From Carcharhinus longimanus (lineage: Eukaryota), in contig JASCQW010000043.1 in NCBI GenBank assembly GCA_030264375.1, positions 63,847,328 through 63,911,016 on the forward strand: a stretch of 63,689 nucleotides of DNA. Direction: 5' to 3'. The first letter of the stretch is position 1. Every line of letters begins with the position of its first letter. A program made the translations under genes and the position numbers. Under the pieces are notes generated by a model. The model saw only the letters and a program-made list of their open reading frames with translations, had not been told where the DNA came from and did not search any database. Of this stretch, positions 1 to 12,199 are shown piece by piece.

Positions 1-199
1 GGTGAGTAAATAGATTTGGTGATTATCACTTGAAGAATTTAAACCACTACAGAGTCCAACATTGGCAGCTTTAATTTGAACAAACTGGCTCATTTAAGTA
101 CATAGCAAAGATCAAGAATGAATTTTAAATTATTTGTTATGCATTGTGGTGTCTTTTTTACGTGTTCGCTCCCCCTAACTTTAGAACCTGGCTACATCC

Positions 200-482
200 C
201 TGTAAGCATCCCATGCACCTCGAACATTCTCTCTTCCACCTTCTTTGTCTGAGGTCACATACCAACCAACTCAAGAACAGCTTTTTCCCTGCTGCTGTCA
301 GACTTTTGAATGGACTTATCTTGCATTAAGTTGATCTCGCTCTACACCCTAGCTACGATTGTAACATTACATTCTACACTGTCCCGTTTCCTTCTCTATG
401 AATGGTATGTTTTGTCTGTATAGCGCACACAAAACTCTTCACTATATGTGACAATAATAAATCAAATCAAAGCAAATCAAAA
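200..482 (+). mobile_element. Rex1/Babar-type LINE 3' end (5'-truncated)
   Basis: Encodes a Rex1-like C-terminus (RSHTNQLKNSFFPAAVRLLN) and ends in TGTGACAATAATAAA plus a (TCAAA)n tail. Confidence 0.6.
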
Positions 483-504
483 GTTTCAACCCTAACCTTT
501 GCAT

Positions 505-712
505 AATGAAAACTGAAAATGTTGGACATTTTCAGCAGGTCTGGCAGCATCTGCAGAGAGAAAGAGTTAATTTTCAAGTTGACCTATTCATCGGTGACCC
601 CTGGATCCTATTCATCTTGACCCCTGGATCTGATGAAAGGTCAAAATATTACTTCAATTTCTCACTGTCCACAGAAGCTGCCTGGCCTGCAGAATAGTTA
701 CAGCATTTTCTG
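505..712 (+). mobile_element. Short Penelope-derived non-autonomous repeat (degenerate)
   Basis: Contains CAGCAGGTCTGGCAGCATCTG...CTGATGAAAGGTCA...GCTGCCTGGCCTGC...CAGCATTTTCTG. Related copies occur near 20850-20950 and 36165-36280. Confidence 0.45.
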
Positions 713-839
713 CACCTTTGGTAGCCTTCACAGTTATTTGCATTTTATATTCACAGTCCCTCATTACTCTCCCCTGGATCAGAACCAGGATTGACATTGC
801 ATTGGGGGAGGGGCTACTCACCACTGATCAGTCACCCGG

Positions 840-1145
840 CACCTACCTAGCAACCTACCTAGCAACGGCCTTCCCACTGCAAAGCGTCATAGGGGAGGGT
901 GGCAACCACTGACATCATCTGTACAATCCTGGGTTCCTATTGGGGAATTGTACTGGCAATCATAGTAAATCCCCGCCCCATATGCAAATGAAGAACCGAG
1001 CGGCGTTCCCTGATTGGTCTTCCATGATGTCGCCTGATAGTGTCGTATGCAATGTGGGTGGGGGGACCCAAAACTACCGGGGGGGCGGGGTCACAATTTC
1101 CGGGGGCGGGGCCACGAGAGCGGAGGCGGGGCGGCAGCTGTGAGT
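840..1145 (+). promoter_or_regulatory. CpG-rich promoter and probable non-coding first exon of JTB
   Basis: Local CpG/GC enrichment. Motifs: GC boxes at 971-979, 1081-1090, 1102-1111 and ~1124-1131; octamer ATGCAAAT 982-989; reverse CCAAT (CTGATTGGT) 1010-1018; ZNF143-like TGGGGAATTGTACT 941-954; duplicated CCTAGCAAC (RFX-like half site). Splice donors GTGAGT at 1140 and 1157. Confidence 0.7.
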
Positions 1146-1161
1146 AAACTGGTCAGTGAGT

Positions 1162-1282
1162 GAATCAGCCCGGCACCGGGGGGCAGTGAGATCCCCCCAG
1201 CCCGGGGCAGAATCAGCCCGACACCGGGGTGCAGTGAGACTCCCCCCCAGCGCGGGGCAGAATCAGCCCGGCACCGGGGGGC
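1162..1282. repeat. GC-rich minisatellite, ~2.5 copies of a ~48-50 bp unit
   Basis: GAATCAGCCCG(G/A)CACCGGGG.GCAGTGAGA.CCCCCCAGC.CGGGGCA repeated in tandem. Confidence 0.8.
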
Positions 1283-2029
1283 TTAAGCGCCCCACCACCT
1301 CCTCCGATCCCCACCCCGGAGCAGAGAGCGGGCCGTGGGTAAACTGATTGGAGACTGAGTCAGTCCACGGTACCGGTGCAGAATAACTCCCCATCAACAT
1401 CTCTGATCAGTGAGCCCCCCCTACCCAGGGCGGAGAGTAAAGCCTGACTTTCCCCTGCCAGGCTGGAATCTAGGAGGTGGTTCTGTGGTGCCCGAGGATG
1501 TGACCGTACCATGTTAGTGTTTATTACTTATGATGTTTGACTGTGATACTGACACTGCTGATTGTTCATTAACACAGGGGCAGTGAGGCTTTGGGAATCC
1601 GCAGAGGTCTCAGCATCAGCTGAAATTGGACAACAAGGTGCCCATATGTACAGTAGTGTGTGCACTTCCGCTGCTAAAATCCTATCTCCCTATTATGAGC
1701 GGAGAGTTGTGTTTCAGGATCACCATAGTGTTGACAAATAGGGAGGAAGGTTGTTTTATTTAGGCAGCTCCGAATTGTAAATTATTTATAGCAACTCTGC
1801 CTAATGGATGTAAACTGTCTGCACACAGTGAGCAAGGTGTGGTCTAGAGCTCAATTTGGGTCGAGTTATTTGTTTTGTGATTATATTCAGTTTGTTGATT
1901 AATTAAGTTAAAGTTGCTTGGCTGCAAATGCTTCTTGATATGTGACCACATGTAAGAGCTGGATCACTTTATTTCGGCAGCAAGTTCAGGGCAGTACAGC
2001 CACTGTTGTATCGCTTGGAGTCCTTTATT

Positions 2030-2315
2030 TAATGCGAGATTAAACTCGGCTCACTCTGCCTATTTTAGGTGGATATTAAATATCCCATGGCAATATTTAA
2101 AGCAAGGCATTCTCCTGGTGTCTCAGCCAACAATTGTCCAACACTACCAAACAAAATAACTGATCATTTGTCTCATTGCTATTTGTAGGCGCAGACTGCA
2201 CTGGTTGCTGCATTTGCCTCATAATGAGTGACATCTCAGATGTAATTCATTGATTGTGAAGTGTTTGGGATGTTCTGAGGTCGTAAAATATGTTACATAC
2301 ACATGTGACTTTTCC
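2030..2315 (+). mobile_element. DeuSINE (SacSINE1/AmnSINE1-like) relic
   Basis: Matches the recalled Deu-domain: AGGTGGATATTAAATATCCCATGGCAATATT...CTCCTGGTGTCTCAGCCAACA...TCTCATTGCTATTTGT..., followed by an L2-like tail GTGAAGTGTTTGGGATGTTCTGAGG. Confidence 0.65.
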
Positions 2316-2940
2316 TGTTTGGTACTTTATTCTCTTAATTTGAGTGAAACAGAATAAAATGCAAGGCAGTTTTCATTTTTTTTCGATATAGAACTTGTTA
2401 CATGGGAGTGACTTTTAGATAGTAATCTAATTTCAGAGTTCAAACTTAATCTGAAAACAGGCTTGAGTTAATTACATTAACTTCATTAAGTGGACTGTTA
2501 GAGTAACCATTACTACTATATATTGTAACAATGTGGGGTACATTATTTTTCAATAAAGTTGGTGTACGATTTTTTATTTTGTACTCCACTGATGCACAGG
2601 AAGATTCCATTTTAAAGTAATGGATGTTTTACAGTACATGTTTTTATAAAGTTTACCACCTAAAATAACTAGGAGATACTAAGACTAACCTAAATGCATG
2701 GTTCAGGTGACCAGCTTGAATGTTCTTTCACTTGAACTTGAACACCTCTATTAGGTTAAGGGATTGAATAGTATATACCAGTCTTCATTCTCCCAGGCAA
2801 TCTTTTGAACTATATTGTTTTGATAATGAGGTTGCTATCAAATATGAGCCATGCTTCTTTTTCAAAATGGGCAAATGCACTTCCTAACCTTGACACTGTT
2901 TTGTTGCAGCAAGTAAAGGTGCAAAGTGGAGGGGGAGAAA

Positions 2941-3014
2941 ATGTTGCAGTTGGCAGAAGTGGTGTATCTTCTGGTTTATCTGTGTACAATATGGAATACA
3001 TTCACATCTTTCAG
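2941..3014 (+). CDS. JTB: JTB (jumping translocation breakpoint) coding exon 1, signal peptide
   Basis: Acceptor TTTTGTTGCAG|2910 and ATG at 2941. Encodes hydrophobic MLQLAEVVYLLVYLCTIWNTFTSF, then AG|GTAAAA donor in phase 2, which fits the next exon. Confidence 0.72.
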
Positions 3015-3974
3015 GTAAAATAAGCTTATGTGCAGAATCAAATTGAGTTTGATTGGCCTTGCCAACAAATGTAATCTGCTAAAAGTATGGCACATTTAAA
3101 ATATCTGTTTAAAATAATTTCATGTGTTATTTAGGCCTCTCTAGATGCCAAAGAAGCATTTGTTGCTTTGTTTGATGCTTTTTATTTTATTTTAAAGTAC
3201 TGCCTTTTCCCCATTGTTGTGGTGGTATTTCAGGAACAGATATGTTAGTAAGTCTATTGATTTTGTTCTTGTAGAACACCTTCAGGTAAATTGGTTTGGG
3301 ACATTGGAAAATCATAGCTACAACTTTAGTGGGCATGGCAATGGAAAGTGATGCACCCTCAGAAATATGACATGTGAAAAGTCTTGTAGCCTTTTGAATC
3401 CATGGAAAATGTGCATAGACAATCCCCGTCCCTATTTTACTGCATTAAAGATTACATAGTTGGCAAATTGTTGTTGCATCTAACCAACCTTAGGCACAGA
3501 TGTATAAATTGCTAACCCAATTGTTTATTAGCTAAAGGGATCATCCAGGGTGGCTCTAATCAATACAGGACAAAATACCCCACATCCTTTCCTGTTTTTT
3601 GATAACATAGCTAATCACAGCTAAGGCAGAGTTGTGCACTCTAACTGGCCACTGTCTCCTGGGCTAGGAAGGGGAAAAAAGTCAACTTTTGGACCAATAC
3701 CAGATTAACTTGTTCTTGAATGTGTTGTTCTTGATGAATTACTTGTCACACTATTACCAGAATGCTTTTTCTGCACAAGATGTAATACAATGAAAGTAAG
3801 TACTATGTTAATTGGCTTCAATACATATAATGTTTTCAAATTTACATACAGCATTCAAGAAGGAATCCATCTTAATGACCTTTTAATTTCAGTAAATTAG
3901 AAACTGAAATGTGCAACATCAGTTTGTTTGTGTGTTTAATATATTTTGTTGAATTTGTTGTCTGGATTCACTAG

Positions 3975-4015
3975 GATATGTGAAGCTGTTCCATTACAGT
4001 CAGAAAAAAATACAA
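3975..4015 (+). CDS. JTB: JTB coding exon 2
   Basis: CTAG| acceptor and |GTAAGT donor; 41 nt encoding (R)ICEAVPLQSEKNT, similar to human LCQAEAPVQEEK. Phases 2/1. Confidence 0.8.
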
Positions 4016-4179
4016 GTAAGTATTGTAATGATCAAATTTCTAAGTTAACTTTGCTATTCATTTTAGAAAATGGAGAAAAAAAGTCTAAGTACAGAATCGT
4101 AATTGTTGGTTAAAAAAACCAATGTTTGCCCACAAAAGATTGAATGTGAAATATACGTTCAATTCCCTGGCATTTTTTA

Positions 4180-5005
4180 TTTATTTGTTCATGTGATGTG
4201 GTGTTGTCAAGGCCAGCAATTATTGCTCATCCCTGAATGCTCTTGAGGCGGTGGTGACCTGCCTTCTGGAAAGGCTGAAGTCTGTGTGGGAAAGATGTTC
4301 CCACAACGCTGTTAATGGATCTAGCAATAATGAAGCAACAGCAGTATTGGAATTTAATAAAACATCTTTAACATTATAAAAAGCCTACTTTACAAAGACA
4401 TTATTTAATAAAATTTAACAGAACTACTTGGAATGTTGTGTGACATGGAGGGAACTTGCAAATGGTGGTATACCCATGCACCTGTTCTCATGTTACAGGC
4501 TTTCAAAGCCTTGACAAGTTGCTGCAGTGTATCTTGTACATGTTACAGACTGCAATCATTGTGGAGAGAGAGCGAGTGCTCATGGTGTTGGGTGGAATGA
4601 CAATCAAGTGGATTGCTTTATCTTCGATGGTGTCAAGATTTTTCAATGTTATTGAAGCTGTAGTTGTACAGGCAAGTGGGAAGTATTCCATTATGCTGCT
4701 GACTTGAGTCTTGTAAATGATGGATAGGCTTGGGAAACAGGAATCCACCACTTAGGAAAACAACTAACGAGGGAACTTAACATGAAGTTCCTCACCAAAT
4801 CACATACTATTGTAACTTGAATATTTCTCGTTGTGCCTTCATGATATTTGGGCCAAAACCTTGGGACATCTTACCTAAATGCATTACGGGAGCACCTTCA
4901 TCACAGGGACTTTGGTGAAGGCCCACCACCTCTTTGCAGGCCATTAGCGATGGATAATCAATGCTGGCCTTGCCTGCAATGTCCACATCCTGTAATTCAT
5001 TTAAA
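4180..5005. mobile_element. Two fragments of a shark non-LTR (CR1/L2-group) LINE 3' end in opposite orientations
   Basis: Minus-strand tail (AAGGCCAGCAATTATTGCTCATCCCT) to ~4750, then a plus-strand tail ending ATGCTGGCCTTGCCTGCAATGTCCACATCCTG. The same family occurs at 49540-49780, 60600-61280 and 63260-63330. Confidence 0.55.
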
Positions 5006-5493
5006 ATGTATTAAGATTTGCTTTCTTGAATGTGTCATTCTTTTGTTATTTGGATTCTGGGTTTAGTAAGTTAATTCATGATAATTTTATACCATGATGG
5101 AAAAATTACACCTAAGTAAATTGAATTTGATTAACTATGGTCTTGATTTAATATTAAAATACTCATATGTACAGATGAATGGTTATTAACTGGTAATTTT
5201 TGAATTACAAGAAATTTTCAGTGCAATAATGTAGATTTTCTTCTGTAAAATTCAGGGTCACGTTTGTATGCAAAGAGTTTTATGGAGCTAAACGAATGGG
5301 CAAACAATTTATTTCCAGGCTACCTTGAGACTGTTAATATAGTACTTCAGAAACCATAACACCTTACATAAAGCTTGTTTGTATGGATCCTGGAATATCC
5401 TAGCTTGCCTTAATTTTGAGATGTATCAATATGTATCTGTCTGGAGGCTTTTCACATGGAATTCACTCATCCAAGTAGTTCAGTAGTCGATAT

Positions 5494-5644
5494 GGGCAGC
5501 ATGGTAGCACAGTGGTTAGCACTGCTGCTTCACAGCTCCAGGGACTGGGTTTGATCCGGGCCTGGGTCACTGTCTGTGTGGAGTTTGCACGTTCTCCTTG
5601 TGTCTGCATGGGTTTCCTCTGGATGCTCCGGTTTCCTCCCACAG
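5494..5644 (+). mobile_element. HE1/V-SINE-type tRNA-derived SINE (cut by gap)
   Basis: GGGCAGCATGGTAGCACAGTGGTTAGCACTGCTGC head with A/B boxes and V-domain GTGTGGAGTTTGCACGTTCTCC...GGTTTCCTC. Confidence 0.85.
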
Positions 5645-6204
5645 NNNNNNNNNNNNNNNNNNNNNNNNNNNNNNNNNNNNNNNNNNNNNNNNNNNNNNNN
5701 NNNNNNNNNNNNNNNNNNNNNNNNNNNNNNNNNNNNNNNNNNNNACATGGGGGAATCTAGTATCAGGGAGGGAACCATTTTAAATTCATACAGCTGCCAT
5801 TAAAGATGGAGATGAGGAGGATTTTTTTTTTCTCTCAGGGGGTGATTAGTGTTTAGAATTCCCTTCCCCAGAGTGCAGTGGGCATTGGGTCGTTGAATAC
5901 ATTCAATGGGAACAAGTTAAAATGTTCTGCAGAAGGGAGACCTTGTATACCTGTCTCAATCTCTGCCTCGCTCTTTTCTTCAATCTCTGCGTCTGTGTAT
6001 TCTGTCCCATCTCTCTCTCCCTCTCTGGGAATCTGTGAAAAATACCCACAAACATCAGTCAGCCATTTGGCATTGCTTCACAGTGGCCATTCTATGTGAA
6101 CACAACACTGAGTTATTTCTGACAGAGTTGTCTCATCACCAAGGTAACATTGTATTTTAAATGTGACAGAGATGCAGCTTTGGAGACAAAAACCAGGGTT
6201 TATA

Positions 6205-6570
6205 TCTCTGTGTGTGACCGTGTATGTGCATATCTCTGTGTAAGTCTGTGTGTGTGTGTGTGTGTATCCATATTTCTGTGTATGTGCCTGTGTCTGTGTG
6301 TGTGTGTGCGTGTGTGGGTGTTTGTGTTGTGTGTGTCGATGTGTGTCTGCGTGTGGGTCGGTTTGTGTGTTACTTTGTATGTCACTGTGTCTGTGTAAGT
6401 GCCTATGTCTCTGTGTGTCTGTCTTTGCGTGCCTCTGTTGTGTGTCTCTGTGTCTCCGTGTGTGTGTGTGTGTCTGTTTGTGTGTTACTTTGAGTATCAC
6501 CGGTCTATATCCGTCTCACTATATATGCGAGTCTCCGTGTGTGACTGTGTGTCTGTGCTCTGTGTATGCC
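6205..6570. repeat. Degenerate (GT)n microsatellite
   Basis: Long imperfect TG tract, which explains the spurious Cys/Val and His/Thr ORFs. Confidence 0.95.
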
Positions 6571-6844
6571 CTTTCTGTGAGTTATAATTGAATGTTTTGT
6601 GGGGTGTTTTACTTGCAATCTCGTGTTTATTTGAATTCAGATTATCTGTGAGAGTGACTATGTTTAAGGCAAAGTGTTCTGTGCTCATTTTAGATAATGT
6701 TTGCTGTGTATGAAAATGTAATTGCATTTGTTCTGACAAAGTCATAAGATTTGATCATTAATCATAGTTTCTGCCTTCATCTTAATGGATATTTTGGTTG
6801 ATTTCTGCATGTTTTCTTTTTTGCCGTTTTGAATAATGGTGTAC

Positions 6845-7110
6845 ACCCTGATCAGGTCGCCCCTCAGTCTTCCCTGCTCCAAGGAAAACAACCCAAGTCT
6901 ATCCTACCTCTCTTCATAGCTGGAATGCTCCACCGCAGGCAGCACCCTGGGGAATCTCCTCTGTACCCCCTCCAGTGCAATCACATCCTCCCGATAGTGT
7001 GGCCACCAGAGCTGCACACAGCGCTCTAGCTGTGGCCTGACCAAAGTTCTGTATAACTCCAATATCACTTCTCTGCTTTTCAAATCTGTGCCACAATTGA
7101 TAACTTCCTC
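6845..7110 (-). mobile_element. CR1 LINE 3' ORF2 fragment
   Basis: Reverse strand resembles the CR1 C-terminal region (YCVQxWxPHY.KD...LE.VQRRF). Confidence 0.65.
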
Positions 7111-7124
7111 TGTAAATGAGAATC

Positions 7125-7320
7125 CCTACAGGAGGCCATTCGGCCCATTGTGCCTGCACAACTACAGTCCCACCCAGGCCCTATTCCTGGAACCCCACAT
7201 ATTTACCCTGCTAACTCCCCTAATACTTCGGGACAATTTACCGTGAGGAGTCAACCTAAACTGTACATCTTTGGATGGGAGGAAACCAGAGCACCCGGAG
7301 GAAATCCACACAGACAAGGG
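7125..7320 (-). mobile_element. HE1/V-SINE fragment
   Basis: GGAGGAAACCAGAGCACCCGGAGGAAATCCACACAGAC and tail AGAATCCCTACAGGAGGCCATTCGGCCCAT. Confidence 0.75.
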
Positions 7321-7414
7321 GATAATTCTCTCTGGACCCCCACCATGGTGACCACAGCTGTATCCTCGATCCTAACTGTGGTGTACGCTTTTTCTGCCCT
7401 GTTTGTGAACTGAA

Positions 7415-7517
7415 ATCCCACTCAACTGATGAAGGAGTAGTGCTCCGAAAGCTCGTGGCTTTTGCTACCAAAAAGATCTGTTGAACTTTAACCTGGTGTA
7501 TTGAGACTTCTTACTGC
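7415..7517 (+). mobile_element. Penelope-like terminal repeat with minimal hammerhead motif
   Basis: CTGATGA-A-GGAG(TAGTG)CTCC-GAAA-GC-TC followed by CTGTTGAACTTTAACCTGGTGT. Related copies at ~47640-47710 (-), 53550-53680 and 59405-59490. Confidence 0.65.
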
Positions 7518-7651
7518 ATTCTATACATTAACCAGTAAAGGATTCTGTCTGCCGGTCGACACCAACTTATCGAGCTGTCCTGTTAACCCCAGGAATTAGT
7601 GGACACTCAAAGATCCCCCATTCACACACAGGGACATCATATTCCACACTC

Positions 7652-7898
7652 TCTGTGGAGATTGCACATTCTCCTTGTGTCTGCATGGGTTTCCTCTGGA
7701 TGCTCCGGTTTCCTCCCACAGTCCAAAGATGTGCAGGTTAGGTTGACTGGCCATGCTAAAAATTGCCCCTTGGTGTCCTGGGATGTGTAGGTTAGAGGGT
7801 AAATATGTAGGGATATGGGGTAGACCCTGGCTGGGATTGTGGTCGGTGCAGACTCAATGGGCCGAATGGCCTGTTTCCTCACTGTAGGGATTCTATGG
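7652..7898 (+). mobile_element. HE1/V-SINE, 5'-truncated, CR1-type tail
   Basis: V-domain plus tail GGTGCAGACTCAATGGGCCGAATGGCC...CTGTAGGGATTCTATG. Confidence 0.85.
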
Positions 7899-8588
7899 TA
7901 TGTCTTTAAAAAGCTGTTTCTGTTTCCCTAATAGAACTCAGTAAGTAATTCAGGAAATAATTAATTGAAAACAGCAATATAAAGAGTAGGAACAGTTTGA
8001 TAGGAAGGGGTAGTGTGATGTTGAGCTAAAAGATGATGGCATAAGCAAGGAATTTATAAATTATCTTTGTTGGATTTCTTGCAGTATATAAATTACTTTG
8101 TGTTAATGTGACACTTGACTTGTAGATATATTCATATTTCTGTTGAAAGTCAAGATTTGTATGTTGTGTAATATGTTCAAGCACCCATTGAATGAAAGAC
8201 TTATCTTCACTAATAGTTCTTTGGAGCTGGTTGCGAGTCTAGGTGGAAGTGTGGTGGCAGTTCATTTATCAGCATTTTCTGCTTGCTCCTTCTAGCAAAG
8301 TAATTAATCTTTGTTTTGGGCCTCCCCCCTGCTATTTTCCACCCACTCTCGCTTGTATGGGGATCACAGATAGGTTGGCTCTGCTGGTTCACTGAATATT
8401 CTGCACCACTGGACAAGCCCAGAAAATGATATATTTGCTTTCTATAGATATTAATTAGTTAGCTATATAAAAAAATGAATTCTTTCAGAGAAAGAAAATG
8501 TAATTCTCTGAAGTAACTTTTTAAAAGTTGTCAATAGTTTCAAAATACTGAAACATTATGATTTTTATTATGTTTATAAATTAAACAG

Positions 8589-8674
8589 CAGGAATTTTGC
8601 AACTAAGGCCTTGCTGGGAAAAAGAGGAATTCAGTATTATAAGAGAATGCACTCCATGCAGTGATTATGAAAAG
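8589..8674 (+). CDS. JTB: JTB coding exon 3 (Cys-rich ectodomain)
   Basis: Encodes GILQLRPCWEKEEFSIIRECTPCSDYEK, similar to human PCWLVEEFVVAEECSPCSNF. Tandem CAGCAG acceptor (start 8589 or 8592); donor AAG|GTATTG. Confidence 0.9.
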
Positions 8675-9429
8675 GTATTGTTTACATGTAACTTACAAAC
8701 ATTTTATGCTTACAGTAATTATAAAATTTCATTTAAGACAAAAAACAGTAAACTGACACAAATAAAAATAATTGAGATGCTTATTTGCCATTCTTGTGCC
8801 TTTGGTATGACAATATATACCAGGAACAACCTGACCTGCTCTTAATGTCACTTCATAACTAGATAGTAAATTATGCAGAATAACATATTGAATCGTAATT
8901 TGCTGCAGATCCCAATGTTATTTCTCCTGGCTATTCTTCATCTATCATTCTAGTTATAATCATAAAAAATGCTAGTAAAAATGTTCACTCTTCCCAATTG
9001 GATTATGAATTTCTAAGTGTCCTGTGATCATCTTCCTAATAATGCATTCTAATATCTTCCCTGTTACTGATATCAGGTTAGCTGGTTTATACTTCACCAC
9101 TTTTTAATCTACTATGCCTCTTAAATGTATTTTTGCTAATCTATTTCTCAGAGGTTTTTACAATCTGTTTTTATGTTTTCTGCCAGTTTACTCATTCTAT
9201 TTTGCTTTCTCTGTCAAGATTTGTGGTTATCTTTAAATTCTAAAATCCTTTTAATTCTTGTATGTTATATTCTTTTTGGAAAATTATAAGCTTCTTCATT
9301 AATCTGAAACTATCTTTAACTTGTTGGCTGCAGTCCTTTATGGGAACGTATATTCATTATAAATTATGATTTAATTATTTAACTGCTTGGAGTTGATTGT
9401 CTATTGTCAACAGCTGTTACTTGTATTTG

Positions 9430-10560
9430 TACTGTGTTTTTAATTGTAATAAACCATCTCAGTAGTTCGAATGTTATAAAGCAAAATCTGATATCGAGCC
9501 ACTTAGGAGATAATGGGGTAGGTGACCAAAAAATTGGTCAATAAAGATGGGTTGTTAGTACGAGAGAAAGATAGTGATGACAGGTTTATTGAAAGAATCT
9601 AGAGCAATATTGAGTGAATGAAGACACAGCTACCAATCATGGAACAATTAAAAACAGGAAGGCTTAGGAGTGCGGATACCTTGGAGAGTTGTGGGAGTGA
9701 AGGAGATTATTAAAATGGGGCGAGGCAAACTCAAGGAGAGATTTGTAAACTAGAATAAGAATTTCAAATTGAGGCATTGCATAATCAACAACCGCTATAT
9801 CTTAGTGAGGACAAGCATGATTGGTGAGTGGGTCTTGTTTAGCAGAATTAAAACCTCAGGTTTACAGAGGATAGAATGGAAGCTGGCCAGGAGTCGATTG
9901 AATAGTCAAGTCTAGAGGCAAGTTATGGATGAGGTTGCTCGCAGTAGATGAATTAAGGCAGGGGCAGAGTTCAGCAGCCCTAGAGTGGATATAGATGATG
10001 ATGTTGGCACATTTTTTTGAAATCTCACCTTCGTATAAAATATGATACCAAGATTATGAACAGTTTTGTTTAGTGCCAAAGTGTTGCCAGGGCGAAAGAT
10101 GGAGTCAGTAACTGGAAGATGAAATTTTCAGTGGAGACCTAAGACTTTGTCTTCCCATGTTTAATTAGAGGAAATTCCTGTTTGTTCTCTACTAGATGTC
10201 AGACAGGCAGTCTGATAATTTTGAGACAGTGGAGGAATTGCCAGGGAGTGGTGTGGGAGATCCGAGTTATACCAGCATTCATGTGAAAAATTCTGAGTTT
10301 CATATTGCCAAAGTGCAACATGTAGTGAGAAAAAGGATGAGCCAAGGACAGATAGGAACATCAGAGCACTGGAAGAGAAGTCATTTCAGATGATTCTTTG
10401 GCTATGATTAGACAGATAAGAATGAAGTGCCGTCTAGTTGGACAGGGGTGGACAGTGGTTGAACCATAATGTTATCAACTGTCATAAAGGCTTTAGAGTG
10501 ATTGACAAGGATGAGGAGAGAGTGCCACAGTCCCACAGGATGATATTTGTGACTTGTCAT
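9430..10560 (-). mobile_element. Old L2-type LINE fragment
   Basis: Purine-rich + strand; the reverse strand resembles the L2 3' ORF (LIH...TSRLDYS...LAS). Flanked by CR1-like decayed sequence. Confidence 0.5.
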
Positions 10561-11453
10561 ATCTTTTAACTAAGTTTCCCAATTTGGCTAACCTTTCTTT
10601 CATATCAATATAGTTTACTTTGTTCAGATTTGAGACCCCAGTTTGACTTAACCAAATCATCATGGTGATCACTCAATTGAGAGGCTCCAATTATATAAAG
10701 CTAAGTTTGCATCATTACACAATACTAGATCCAAAATAGTCTGATCCCTTGACATACTGATATGGATAAATATTGTGAATACATCCCGGGAACTTGTTCC
10801 CCACATTCTCACTGCAAATTTGGTTCATCCAGTTTATATGAAGGTTAAAAATCCTGCATGATCACAGTTATCCTTGTTCAGTGTACCTTTAATTTCCTGA
10901 TTGGTACACTGTCCACCACTGCAATCATCTATAACCTATTTTCACCAGTGTTTTGGGGCCCTGTTATCTGTTAGCTCCAACCAAACTGATTCTATATCTT
11001 GATTTCTATTTTCTGTCCTATCTTTATTATTAGGGCTATTCTTACTGCCACCACCCCCATCCCCCCACTTTCCCACCTTGTCATCTTGGATGAGGCTCTG
11101 ACTTTAATTTAGTGAAACATTATCTTGGACAAATTGCCATGTTACAATCGACCTTCCTGCTGCTGAATGTGTGTATGAAGTCTGTGATAAAATTTATTCT
11201 ATCATTTTGCTAATTTTTTTGTGGAACTAATAATTAAAAACTGACTATGTATAACTATAATGCCACAATCACTGAAGCCTATCTCATATCTGAAACAAAT
11301 CAGCTAAATTATTGAGAAACCAAATTCTCAATTAATCAAGAATCCATCACAGAGTTGACATGGTTGAGTGCCCATATATTTTGTCTTAAAAAAAGTCTTG
11401 ATGCTTATTGCTACTGTTATGCTATGACTTATCATTCATTTAACCTTTTGCAG

Positions 11454-11527
11454 ACGGTGCATGTGGAATGTACATTTACTGGGTTTGTGGAAGAAATAAA
11501 GTGCACATCTGACCATACGTATAGAAG
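11454..11527 (+). CDS. JTB: JTB coding exon 4
   Basis: CCTTTTGCAG| acceptor and AG|GTAAGA donor. Encodes TVHVECTFTGFVEEIKCTSDHTYR, similar to human ECGPTGYVEKITC. Confidence 0.9.
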
Positions 11528-11985
11528 GTAAGACAAACCCAAAATTCAGTCCAGTAGAACTCCTTGTTTGTTATAAGTAAAAAAAAAATGACATTGGAAA
11601 GGCCAACTTAATCAGAAAATAGCAAATAATCTTCAGGGGAAAAATAATATGTGAGACTGGCATTTTCAGAAACAAAAAAATGAAGTTGTGTATTTCTATT
11701 TGTTATACTTATCTGCAAATTAGTAATTTCACCATTAGGTTATCTGTTATCATTAACTGGGTCTATATTAGCTCTTGCTGTCCATCAATTGGTTGTCATT
11801 TCTTTCTTCTGTTTTCATTAAATCATAAGGGTAGAATGATGGAGCCAATCACCCCATTATGTTCATCCAGTTTACAAATAATGCTTAATCTTGGCTTTTT
11901 CAAAAATTTTGAACCTTTGACTTCATTAAATGTCACTGTTTCCCAAAACAGTTCAAAAAAATTCAGATAACCTTTCACCTTTTTC

Positions 11986-12158
11986 CAACCCACGTATCCA
12001 GCACATCTTTCAGACAGAGGAAACCAGACCATCCAGAGGAAACCCACACAGACACAGGGAGAATGTGCAGACTCCACACGGACAGTGACCCAAGGCTGGG
12101 AATCGAACCCGGATCCCTGGCACTGTGAGGCAGTAGTGCTAACCAGTGTGCCACCATG
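11986..12158 (-). mobile_element. HE1/V-SINE 5' part
   Basis: GGGAATCGAACCCGGATCCCTGGCACTGTGAGGCAGTAGTGCTAACCAGTGTGCCACCATG. Confidence 0.85.
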
Positions 12159-12199
12159 TTTACCCAGTCAATTTACAGACCCACAGAAATGTGACTGAT

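Noticed and set aside
1-7. G|GTGAGT donor-like motif at the window edge
   Set aside because: No upstream context. It may be an exon end or a repeat 5' UTR and cannot be assessed.
3145-3195. MPKKHLLLCLMLFILF as an alternative JTB signal exon
   Set aside because: It stops at TAA and has no in-phase donor. The 2941-3014 exon fits better.
6078-6591. Cys/Val-rich and His/Thr-rich ORFs
   Set aside because: Translations of a (GT)n microsatellite.
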